DNA of 44,860 nucleotides, filler included, from Jimgerdemannia flammicorona (taxonomy: Eukaryota), in NCBI GenBank assembly GCA_003990765.1. It is 2 parts of 2 records of this genome, joined end to end, with 100 filler letters (N's around TTAATTAATTAA, not from the genome) between each part and the next. Parts side by side here need not be neighbours in the genome. Positions count along the whole stretch, not along the records: positions 22,481 to 44,860 come from RBNJ01001291.1; 1 more part is not named here. One strand, 5' to 3'. The notes under the pieces were generated by a model. That model did no database searches. It was not told the DNA's origin and was given only the letters and a program-made list of their open reading frames with translations. Made by a program: the position numbers and the translations under genes. Shown in pieces: positions 23,585 to 35,330 of this stretch. How positions within the stretch are numbered: position 1 is the first letter of the stretch; the number at the start of each line of letters is the position of its first letter.

Positions 23585-26500
23585 TGAGGTAGAGGGGATA
23601 ATAATAGGGGAAAGGGAACTCAGAAGGTTGTCTACCAAACTCTGTGACTGATAAGGTAGTGGAGAAAGGAGCAGAGAATTGGGAACATCTGCAAATAGTT
23701 CTCCAGAGTTCAAAGACTGAGGAGACAGTGAAGACTGAGGCAGCTAAGAGCCAGATGGAGGGAGTGGAGACAGCTGAGGTATCTTTCTTACAGCTGAGAG
23801 ATGTGGAGAGTTCTACTCATATACTGGTAACAGAGAAGTGGGCAGATAAGGAGAAGGTGGGAGAAGGGAGTTTTGAGAATATTACTGAGATAGTTCTAGA
23901 GACTCAGCTGGAGGATGATCAGATGGCAGGAGCTGTAAATATTCATTGGAGGTGCCTAGAGGCTGGTGAGGTGGTGAGGCTGGAGAAGATTACTGAGGAA
24001 GATGATCTAGTGAATATGGCCTCAGATATGTCAGCTGATAGAGAGATGCTTTAGGAACTGAGTAGGACCTCAAGGTCAGTCACTCCTAGGCCTCTAGTAA
24101 TGATAACTGATAGTTGGTATCAGGCAGTACTTGAGGAGCTTGCAGAGGAGGATATCAAGGAAGTAGATATATTTCATAGATCTTAGAAGGCTTGAGAGAG
24201 ATTTCTTAATATTATAATGTAAGGACTGAAGTTGGTGACAGTAATGGTGGCAGTACTGCTAGATGATGAGGAGTATAATATTGATGAGAGCCAGATGGCA
24301 GATATCAGGAAGGTGGCATTGGAGCAGGTGGAGGTATTTTGCAGAAATGTAAATAGAGTGTACATCTGGAGGGCTATCTGTGAGGAATAAAAGAAAATAA
24401 TCCATAGCAGGGCTGAGAAGGTAGTGGTGATTTCAGCAGAGCTTTAAACAAAATTTTTGATAATGATGAACAGTCTATATATATTATCTTTAAATGTTAA
24501 TAGGCTGTATGATAGAGTTAAGTGGTAGTGATTGTTTTGTTGGCTGAAAGTCAAGAGGTATGATGTAGTACTTCTTCAGGATGTTTGAGCTTATAGTGAG
24601 CAGGATTATATTGAGTAGAGTAGAGAATAGTATGGTGGTACTGGCTGGAATGAGTAGGTAGGCATCTTAGTGGGTGTTGGAAGAGAAGAGCTAGTGGAGG
24701 TGAAAATCTACAGAGATCAACTGGTATGGGTAGACTGAAAGGAAGAAAGGGTGATGGACTGATAGTGAGCTCTGTCTATCTTCTGGTAGTTGGCAGAGAG
24801 TGAAAGCAATGGGTGGAGGGTTGGCTGACATGGGAAGATCAGAAAGGGGTAGGGTTAGATATTTTGGGGGGAGACTTTAATATGGTGCATAACAGGATAC
24901 TAGATAGGTCTAATAGTGGAGTAGGTATAATAGTCTCAGCTGGGCTCACTCAGTAGCTCCAGGTTGAGAGAGATATGGGATTGGTGGATAGTATCTGATG
25001 ATGTCAAGGGGAGAAGCCTGGGCCCTTTACTCAGTGGCACTCTGTGGGCAAGAGTCTGGTTGGAACCAGAATTGACTGAATTCTGGTGGCTGAGGATTGG
25101 GGTAATGTACTGGATATTACAGGGGTATGGTGGTGCCCTTGGTCAGATCACTGGAGAGTGAAAGTATGTAGTAGATTTCAGATTATCAGTAGGGGTAAGA
25201 GTCACTGGTAGCTTAATGTAGCTCTTCTAAGAAGATAGGTAGAGTGGAAATGATTTGTGGAAATTGCAAGACAGGAGATATCATAGTAGAAGGAGAAAGG
25301 ATAGCTGATAATATAGTAGCAGGGTAAATTTAAATAGTTGGCAGATATCTATTGGTATAATGTTAGGGAGGTTGTCAGTAAGAAGTAGAAGAATAAGGAG
25401 AAGAGAGTTGAATGTGGACTGCAATAGCAGTTGAAGCTGATAGAAGGGGGGAACTTGTTAGGAGAAGAGTACTCCCAACTAGTAGTAGAGATGACTGAGT
25501 TGCAGCTAGACCTTAGGGGTGCTGAGGATAGAGTAGTGGATGGCCTGTTGACAAGGCTGTAGGCCAGGCAGCTAGAAGAAGAATAGTGGTCTATGAAGTA
25601 TTTATCAGGCATTTTAAAGGTTAGAAAGATATGATACAGCTGGGCCTCAGTGTTGTGAGAGAATGGCACTGAGGTTACTGGAATTGGAGAGATGCTGGGT
25701 GAGGTTTCTGGGCAATGGCAGGCTCTCTGACAGAATGAAGGGGGGCTAGTAGAGGGTGAGGTATTATAGGAGAATAATGACAATTTGGTGGGTAATTGGC
25801 CAGTAATAAATCCAAGATAGGTAGGGCAGTAATGGATATAATAACTCTGGAAGAGATGTTAGAGATGTTAGAGAAAGTGCAGACAGGTTCATCACCAGGG
25901 GAGGATGGGCTGCCTTGGGAATTCTGAAAAAAGTTCTGGGCCAAGTTCAGTATCTGGCTAGTAGAAATGGCATACTTTAAATTGAAGAAGAGTAGCTAGA
26001 TTGATAATAACTCCTTGGGGCTGATCTCTTAGCTATATAAGGAGAAGGAGATCAGCAGAAATAGTGGAATTGGTAGTCAATCATATTGCTGAATATAGAT
26101 AAGAAACTGGTGTCTAAGATTCTGGCTGGAAGATTGTAACAGTAAATTGGCAGACTAGTGGGTGAGGACCAGCAAGGCTTTAACAAAGAGAGATAAATTC
26201 GAGACAGCACAGCTTGGGTGCAGAATATTTTAGAGAGCTGTAGGAGCTGACAAGTGGATAGAAGGATGATTTTTTGGATCTGAAGAAGGTATATGATAGG
26301 GTGCAGTAGAATTATCTAGAGGCAGTAATACAGAAGACAGAGTTCAGTATAGTAGAGGCAGAGAGATTGATGGACTTAGTACATGACTGTAGAGTAGCTA
26401 TCTTAATGAATGGATAGAGTGGTCTGGAATTTACCCTGGGGAGAGGTGTGCCACAGGGTAATCCTCTCTCTCCCCTACTCTATATTCTCTCCTTGGAGCC

Positions 26501-27040
26501 TTTGCTGACTTGGCTGAAGAGATGGCTTATAGGACTATAAATGGAGAATGTGGTCTGGAAGCTAGGAGCATTCACTGATGATATGGTGGTTGGATTAGGC
26601 TGCTTGACAGATGTAGAATACCTATAGGAAGGGATTGGTCAGTATGAGAGATTGGCAAGAGTGAAATTGAACTGAGGCAAGTATGAGACAATGGAGTTAG
26701 ATACTAGCTTGGGAGAGAATAGGTGATTTGGACAAATAGTGGCTATGAGAAATGCTGTCTGATATTTAGATATTTGGTTTTTAGTATATGGGACAATATT
26801 ACTAAAGAAGTAGTAGTGTGATATAATACAGAAGTAGGAGGGGGTACTGACAGGTTAATCAGAGAGATACTTCTCCTTAATTAGGAGAGTAGTGGTTTTA
26901 AATATATATTGGTTGCCAAAGTTATAGTACTTGGAATACTATCTGGATTTTTCTAGATGGATGGTGCAGAGGCTGAAGAAGGTGGTGGAAGAATGGCTAT
27001 GGCAGAGAGGATAGTTATAAATTAGTTGAGAGACCTTCTG
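23585..27040 (+). mobile_element. Degenerate LINE (ORF1 tail plus APE endonuclease-RT ORF2 from ~24463; L1/Tx1-like), truncated
   Basis: ILSLNVN (24480), VVLLQD, GGDFN (~24867), SDH (~25143), SPGEDGLPWEF (~25890), DQQGF (~26167), RGVPQGNPLSPLLYILSLEPL (~26442), AFTDDM (~26568); many transition-derived stops. Confidence 0.9.
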
Positions 27041-27989
27041 AATAACAATCTAGATCAATGGCTTCAAGGTCTCTCTGGTCTCTTTGAAGGACTACTCATC
27101 CAAATAAATATCCCCAGACATAAGGATCAAGAACTCTACTTGGGTGGTCCCAACTGTATTATATAGAGAACCTCTATCTCACTATCTATACCAGTTTAAG
27201 AACCATTTGCAGATCTTATTGATTTCTCTATCCTAGATATTGAGCCATCAGTAACTACTCCTCTAACTACTAGTGGAGATAGCAATAATACTGAGAAGAA
27301 TTCCCTATCCTTTTCTCTCCTAGTTCTCAATTTTCAAATCAATGAGAATATTGATTTTTAAGGGGAAAAGAATATAATAAAATAAGTAACAAGTGAACAG
27401 ATGAGACACAATATATGATGAGCAATCATATGATCTGGTGATGATGTCATGATTGAGTACAATATATAACATATATAACAAATGATATAAATAATATAAA
27501 TGATGTAAATGATATAAATAAATAATATCTAGCTTATCTCTGGCAATTAGTACTACAGCAATTAGTACTATAGTAGCTGATTATTACCTAACAATAGAGG
27601 TTCTGATTACAAAGTATTCCTGATATCAAACTATCTGACAAAGGTTATGATCACAAATCTCACTATAGTTATCAAATTAGTCACTTATACTTAGTCAGAA
27701 ATTACAGACAAACTTGTATAAATACCCCCCAGTTTCTATTTGAAATAAAGCAGTTTTAGTTCAGTCCTTAATATAAGAATCAAGTTCCCCTCTATATATA
27801 TATATATTCCTGAGTCTTAGTAATGATATCTAAGTGACTTTAGTATTTCTGACTAAACTCCAGAAGTCTAGCTAACTTCTGCCAGAACTGAGACCAATAT
27901 ATAAATCACAAAGACTTAAGTAAACTCTAATTGAATCTAAATTCTAAGGTGAATTCAGTCTGTACATAGTAAAGAATAAGTCTCTTACA
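27041..27989 (+). mobile_element. 3' fragment of an LTR retrotransposon: ORF remnant, PPT (27360-27372), LTR (~27373-27989)
   Basis: Polypurine AAGGGGAAAAGAA, then TATAA (decayed TGTAA?) ... TATAAATACCCCC (~27717), AATAAA (~27744), ending CTTACA. No partner LTR in the window. Confidence 0.5.
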
Positions 27990-28835
27990 ACTATAGTTGA
28001 TAAGAAGAACACTGCTGCTATAACTACCTTTAAGCAAGTACTTCTTCATACTAAAGGCTTTTTGATATATATTATATACTAAGTCCCTAAGTAATACCTT
28101 ATTTCTCTAATTATCTAAAGGATAAGATAGGGTAGAAATAAGAGTTATTATACTATCTTCTATCTCTCTACTCTTTGGCCCCCATCAGCATTCATCCTTA
28201 CTGACTTATCTCAGTTCTCCTCTAGTATATTCTGCAGCTTATCTATCTTCTCTCTTCTAGTAGAGACCCTATACTGAACTTGGGCTCCCTCTACTATCAC
28301 CTCATCTTTAGCTACCTCACACTACTCCTGAGCTCTGTTCTCTCCCAATGTCTTCTCTTGAGTCCTTCTCTCCACACTACCCCAGGTACTAGCTCATGAC
28401 CCAGCTCTCTCAGTAGAGTCTACTTTCTCTTTACTCTCTTCTAAATTTACCAACAAATCTTTCTATCATTATTTCCAACAGCCTGATCCAGTCACACCTT
28501 CTTATTATTAACCATCTCTATTATCATCCTAGCCTCAAACTTCTTTTAAGCCAATCTTCTCCTTTTACAATACTAGTCAAATCCTTCAGTACCTCTAGCA
28601 AATCCTCCTCCTTCTTTAGTATCTCCTTTAACCTCAAGACCTTGTACTCTACTGGATTTTACTTCAATGTTGCCAGCCAGTCTCTCTCTTTTTCAGTATT
28701 CTTCTCTGCCAGCTATACCCTGATATTCACATCTCATATCCTGAACTCTATATCCTCCTAGACCCAGAAGCTGACATCTACAATATCTTTATACTCCTTG
28801 ATAGTATCTACAATAAACTTTCTGGCCACTATTTG
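27990..28835 (-). mobile_element. Minus-strand ORF1 fragment of the same LINE family
   Basis: Minus translation YKDIVDVSFWV*EDIEFRI*DVNIRV*LAEK...DWLATL aligns with LINE ORF1 at 40300-40440 (YSEVVDIGFQI*KGTLFQIKDVDIRLRLAGK...DWPSIL). Confidence 0.7.
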
Positions 28836-28859
28836 GTCTTGATGTTTATTTTTTTACTG

Positions 28860-30387
28860 GCTAGACTGATTAGTAAGATAGTAATTATAGAGTATCTCTG
28901 GATAAATCTTTAGTAGTATTTTACAATATTCAAGAAGTACTAGAGTAGTTAAGGGTAGTAGAGATAGAAATATTCTAGAGAGCTAATATCTTTTAGAGAT
29001 TCACATAGATACCTTTGGCAAAGATAATATATTCTAGATATTTTATCTAGTCTTAGTAGAACTTGTATTTTCTCATCTTAGTATAGAACTAGTATTCTTA
29101 TAATAGAGTTAATATCTGCCTGAGATAGATATAGTATTGTTCTACTATTTTACTATAAATCAGTATATTATCAATATATACTAAGATATAAATATTGAGC
29201 AATGGTCCAAAGATATTATTTATTAGATTTTGGAAGATTTCTGGTATATTAATCAAGTTAAAAGATATAACTTAAAACTAATAGATTTTAAAATATATTT
29301 AGAAAACTATTTTCTTAATATACTTTTTATCAATGAGGATCTGGTAGTATTTATTTCACAAGTCTAGTAGCTAGAATATCTTTATAATAGTATTTCTTTA
29401 CTATTATAGTAATTATATTCTTTAAGTTAATAATTCTTGATATTAATGACTTAAAGGTACTTATATCAGATATCTGTAGCTTAAGGAAGTGGCTGTCTTA
29501 ATGCCTAAGTACTATTTATTATACTTCTAATTGATCTAGTCTCCTTCTGATAGACTTGGATAACAATTTAGCAATTATGGACTTTAATTCTTTAAAATCT
29601 AAGTCTTTTAGTATATTCTTTTTGGATATAGTCTGGCTCCGAGAATTATATTTATATTCTTCAGAGTTTAGTATTTATAAAGTTCAGGACATCTAATTTT
29701 AGATGTAGTCTTTCTATTGGAGATCATTCTAAAACTTATTTATATATTATAGACTTAAGACTTAATTGTTCTTTTATTTAATATTCTGTAAATTCTTGAG
29801 TCATTTCTCTAGAGATATTTATATATTTTGAAGGTCTTTACATATTGACTAACTATTGATTAAAAGATATAAGACAGAAAGTTACTAGAAATAATATAAA
29901 AGTTACACTATAATGATATTATTATGAAGTCATAATAATACTATTTAATGATATTATTTTTATATGCTATTTATAAAGTAATGTTCTAGATTTTCAACTA
30001 AGACTTATGATGTAGTGTTTTATTATATCATGAAGTAGTAACAGACTTCTCTGAAAGAAGATAAGACTTCTCCCAGAGTCTTAGATTCAGATGATATATA
30101 TAATACTAAACTCATATTGAATAATACAGAAATTCTCTATAGCCAGATATTTATAGGTATCTGGACCTGTGAAGTGAGTGCTTAAAATAGACTAATAAGT
30201 CTATTGAAGACTTTATTCTCATATAGTCATATATCATTATTATAGTATTCTTATAGATTAAAGTCATTTATAAGATGTAGCTCAATTTGACTTATTAATT
30301 GATCACTAAGGCTATCAATTTCTGCAGGAGTTACTCCTCTTATACCACTAATAGCATAGAGTATTCTATGGAGTAATTAATAGATAT
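28860..30387 (-). mobile_element. Old, heavily hypermutated Ty3/Gypsy pol (RT) remnant, host of the nested dUTPase element; probably continues at 39051-~39400
   Basis: Minus translation LDL*NKYYQI...VISFNLINIPEIFQ (decayed VMPFGLTNAP; ~29242-29271), LVYIDNILIYS (decayed YIDD; ~29155-29184), KYLEYII, FLNIVKYY*RFI. Confidence 0.82.
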
Positions 30388-31917
30388 TGTCACATAGTAG
30401 TTACTGAGTCTTTTAAATATGTCAGATTCTCTTCAAGGTGTATCTCTTAGACTAACTCAAGTTTATTATAAGCAAGTTTTTATTAGAGTGTCTTTCCAAG
30501 GTCTTATAGTTCTCAAACTTCTATCTTTAAACTGTCTTATTATCTCTTTAGATTACTTGCAAGAGTTTATATATAAGTGAACTTGACTGACTTTATTTCG
30601 AAGGAAATAAGAGGAGTATTTATATAAAATATAATTTAATGATTACTAAGATATAAAGCTAAATATAAATTCCAATAATCAAATAAAATACTGGAACACA
30701 GAAAACTGCCAAGTTCCAGTTTAAGTATAGATAGTTGTACAGGTTCAGGATGCTAGTATAATTTCAGTAATATAGAAAAAGAGTACTGGAATAATTCTGA
30801 GTCATATAAGGTCAGAATACCAGTAGAGGAATAGCTGTTATATGGAAAAAGGATACTAGCAGAATTCTGTGTCACCAAGAACTTAGAGCAGAAAGTTCAG
30901 GACCATGGGGGCTTTATCCTTATCACTGTTCTCAAAGGAGATAAGATTCACAAATATTTTGTCTATCTTATCATATATGTCATGTGAGATGATGTCATTG
31001 CCAATGACATCATCACATTTAGTGGGGGCTCTCCAATATATGAGGTTCTCTTCCATAAAATAGAGAACAAATGTAGGGTCTTGGGGAGGTCTGATTTAGA
31101 TGCTGGGGCCTTAGAATGTAGAGATCAATTCTTATAGGAATTGATCTGAGTTATCCTGAAGGATGGGATGCCAGAAGTCTTCTACTTCATCACTATTAAG
31201 AGTGATAGTGGACTAGACTTCTATAGCCACCATGACTTCTAGTGCATTGATACAGTGGGCTGACAGATCTCTGAAGTCTGAGACTCTGATATACTCTAAG
31301 TTGAAGATCAACCATAGTGCATATCTGAAGATCTGATAAATCTTCTTGGTTATTCTTATTTCACATATATCTATGGAAGTGGAATCTTGTAGCTCTTGAG
31401 GACTGGCTTGAGGAAATTTCTGGCAGAGGAGGTTTCCTATTTTATATTCTTGTCATATCTGGAGGTATTTGGTAACAATGGTAATTCTTGTTTCCATTTT
31501 ATAGCAGTAGAGAATATAATGATAAGAGTCACCAGTACTCAGGTTGATACTAGGAGTCCTTGTGGTGAAGGTTCTTATGACTCTTTAGATGTCTTAGAAT
31601 ATTCTTTTCTAGACTGAGGGGCCTTGATCATTCCTTGACCTTGAGGTTTGGCAAGCAGCAGATATTTCATTTGTGATAAGTCTTTGAGCTATTTTGAGAT
31701 TGGTGGGTCTTGTTGAGTTGCTGCTACTGCAGTTCCTTGATTCTTCTTTTATATTTCTCAAGATACCTATATTATAGTCATAATGACTCACAGTTGGTCA
31801 TCATTACTCATCTCATAGCCTAGATGAGTCATGTTATATGATCTTCTTCTGATCTAGTAGCTTACAAAGAATTACTGTCTCTTGTGCTGATGTCATTATT
31901 CTGAGGTCACCATTATA
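30388..31917 (-). repeat. 3' LTR (~1530 bp) of the dUTPase-Gypsy element
   Basis: Collinear with 37546-39050; plus strand starts TGTCA; PPT AGGAGGAAGA (minus strand) at 31918-31927; minus-strand TATAAATA near 30617-30624. Confidence 0.92.
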
Positions 31918-32226
31918 TCTTCCTCCTGAATAAGGATCTTCTTGAATGTCCTTATTCATTGGTCCAGTCTTGAAAAATTTGCTAATCTCATAACCTCTGA
32001 CAGAGGGTTGAAAAGTGGTATTTATAGACTGATGTCTTCCTTATATATTTTGGTGTGATAGTGAAGGATCACTTCCTTCATATAGAGTAAGGACCTAATT
32101 CTGATCTTATCCAATCAGTTGATAGTTCAAACTCCTCTGACTTTGAAAGTCTTATGGATGAGTAGTTGCTAGTATTGTATCTCTTAGAGAATAGTCCAGA
32201 CAGATTGTCTGCTAGTTATAAGACAT
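30680..32226 (-). pseudogene. Putative accessory ORF3 (~460-515 codons) spanning the post-integrase region, PPT and U3 of the LTR
   Basis: One frame without frameshift from ATG 32226. Many stops in one LTR are CAA/CAG/TGG in the other, and the only indel seen in the main overlap is 33 nt (in frame). The 3' end is uncertain (30838 or ~30680). Confidence 0.6.
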
Positions 32227-34979
32227 GCTGTTATGATTTGCAGACTAAAACCTTGTAGGTAGTCATCATATTTTACTTCTCTTATAGGTTCATGGTACTT
32301 CTTAAGTCTGTTCCTATGTATCATAGTAGGCAGTATAGTCCCTGAGAGTTTTTTAAGCCAGAAGGTAGTTCTCTTGATATCTTGCATATAGAAGAGTTCT
32401 TCCCATTTGGGCTCCAGTTTTTGCAACTATGAGGCTTCTATACAGTAGGTTCTTTTCTCTGATCTGGATGGGTTCTAGGGTCTTGTAATTCTTTTCTGTA
32501 TTCTTTCTTGTCAGTGTTTGTGACTTAATAATATAATCTTCAGCCTTCTTTCTGATTTGGTATAGTCTCCAGATTTCTGAGTCAATCTATCTCCAAGTTA
32601 GGTCTAGATTTGGAGCTTAGGTTCCATTGGAATCTTCTTCTCTGAAGAGCAGTTCTCTTGGGGTAAAGTGTGTACTCTGTGGTCATATATCTCATAGGAT
32701 AGAGAGGGCAGTTGGGAGGTAGTTATTCCAATTCTCATATGTGTCTGAGATCTTTGCCAGGATGTTCTTGAGGGTCTTGTTGGTTCTCTCTATCTGTTAA
32801 TTTCCTTAAGGGTGGTACACAGTTGTCTTGATGTGCTGAATCTTGTATTTCTGATACATTATCTCATGAAATCCATTGACAAATTCTGTGCCATGGTCTG
32901 TAGTAATTTGCTTTGGTGTCTTGTAGTAACAGATGATTTCTTAGTAGGAAGTTAGCTATAGAGAGAGCATTGGCTTCTTGTAATACTCCTGCTTCTATTC
33001 ATTTGGTAAAGAGATCTACAATAACTATAATATAGCAATTTCCTGATAGTATTACTGGTAGTGGCTCAATAATATCTATTGTAATATAGTAGAAGAGGAT
33101 AGGCTCAATTCTTGATGACCCAGATGTTTGGTCTTGCTGATCTTTTTTCTGTTTTTGGTACTTATCACACCCTTTGACAAATTGATGCAGATTTTCTTCC
33201 ATCTTGGGCCACTATATGGTTCTTCTTATCTTGTCATATGTATTGGTTCCTCCTAAGTATCCTTGTTCATATACTTTCTTCATTACTTGATACTTCTTAT
33301 ATTCAGGTATTATAAGCTTTCCTCCTTTTCTGAGTATAGTGTTGTCTAGTTCAAACTATTTTCAAGTTCAATTGATGATGATAATTGTCCAGGGTTTGAG
33401 GTGGTTGGGTATTTTCCACTGCTCAAGATAGCTGATTAATCTATAGTATAACTCCTTATTCATATTGAATAGTCTTGATGGAAGTGTTTTGAAGTATCCT
33501 TGAGAGTGCATCAGTATTGGTGTTGGTTCTTTCTGAGCAGTACTTGACAGTACAGTCATACTCTTGCAGTCTGTAGATCTATCTGATATATATTCCTTTA
33601 GGATTCAGAGTGTGTAATAGTCAGATAAGAGCAGAATAGTCTGTTTAAATAGTGAAGTATTTTCTAGCTAGATAGTAGTAAAACTTATCTACTGCCCAAA
33701 CTACTGCTAAGTATTTGAGCTTACATAACTTGTAGTTCTGTTGCTCTGTAAGTACCTCAGCTTGTATAGGAGATAACATATTTATATCTATCTTTCTTCT
33801 GAGCTAGGACTGCTCTAAGTCCTATAGCACTTGCATCTGTCTGCAAGATGAACTCTAGATTCCAATCTGGTCTTCTGAGGATAGGTGCTTGGATCAATCT
33901 GATCTTGAGTTCATTGAAGGTTTCTTGGTATTTCTTAGTCTATTCAAATTTGGTCTCTTTCTTCAGTAGCTCATAGATTGGTGCTGCAATGTTGGAGTAT
34001 CCTTTGATGAATCTTCTGTAGTAGGAGGCCAGTCCAAGGAAGGCATAGACTTCTGTAGTTGTTCTGGGTCTTGGGTAGGCTGCAATAGCCTCAATCTTCA
34101 TAGAGTCTGTGTGAATTCCAGTCTGATTGATGAGGTGTCCTAGGTAGGCAATTTCCTGAGCTACAAACTTACACTTCTTGGGCTTGATGTAGAGGTCATG
34201 CTCCTTGAGCTTCTTGAGGACTAGCTGTATATAGTTGATATGTTTCTGTGCAATATTGCTGGATGATCATATCATCAACATAGAAAGAGCCATTTTCTAA
34301 TTTCATTGCTGAAGACTCTGTTCATAATTTACTGAAAACTTGCTGAGGCATTGTACATTTCAAATGGTATTTGCAGATAGATATAGGTGGTATCAGGTGT
34401 GATGAAGGCTGATTTTTCACTGGTATCTTGAGTGAGATCAATCTGATGGAAGTCTGAGAACAGATCTAAGGTAGTGTAGTATTTGGCTTCACTTTCAAGA
34501 GTGGTAAGGATTTCTTGAATATTTGGCAAGGGTTGTCTATCCTTCTTGGTGATTGCATTGAGCTTCCTGTAGTCAATGCAGAGTCTTGAGGCAAACTCTT
34601 CAGGCTTGCTTCCTTTCTTTAGAGTAAGGACAATGAGTGAAGCCTAGAGACTGATAGCTTGCTTGATGATTCTGGCTTCTTCCATTTTCTTGAGTTCTGC
34701 TTGCAGCCATTCTCTGTAGGCAGGTGGTATAGATCTGGCTTTCTGGTAGATGAGCTTGGTATTGCCAGTATCAACTTTATGGTAGTACTTGGGTTCTTGA
34801 TTATGGATATTCCTAAAGTCTGTAGCAAGTACTTCTTCATTCTAGTGCAGGATCTTAAGAAGTTGTTCTTCCAGGAGAAAGTTTTCTCCAATGATATATA
34901 TGTGCTTATTCTGGTCCTTGTCTTTCTTGTACTCAAGTTCAGTAATCTTAGTGGTAGTATAGGCTCCTCTTCCAGTGAT

Positions 34980-35330
34980 CTTAGGCTTCTTGATTTCATG
35001 GATCAGTATCTAGCCAATCCTATTATGCTTCTTGACTTCAAATAGAGTGGTGGGGTTGCTATTCCTGACTATGAGAAAGATCTCACTAGTATAATTAGGG
35101 TTAATTATCTCTCCTTTAACTGAGATTTTGCTTTTGGCCAGACTGCTCCTGGTCTTGATAATTCTAGCATAGTTCTCTGGCAACTTGACTCCAATTCTGA
35201 TATCAAGTAGAGTGGTGGTCTGTGGTTTGAGGGTAGTATCTTGAATGCTGACAAAATCCATTCCTATGGCTCCTTTAGTCTTATATTCTGGGATCTTAGC
35301 TTTGGGGTAAAACTTCTTGACCTTGAGGGT
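34980..35330 (-). pseudogene. dUTPase domain within Gypsy pol, between protease and RT
   Basis: PKI...KTKGAIGMDF (motif 1), TRSSLAK (motif 2), KGEIINPNYTSEI (decayed GGIIDPDYTGEI, motif 3), HNRIG (DRIAQ-like motif 4). Confidence 0.85.
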
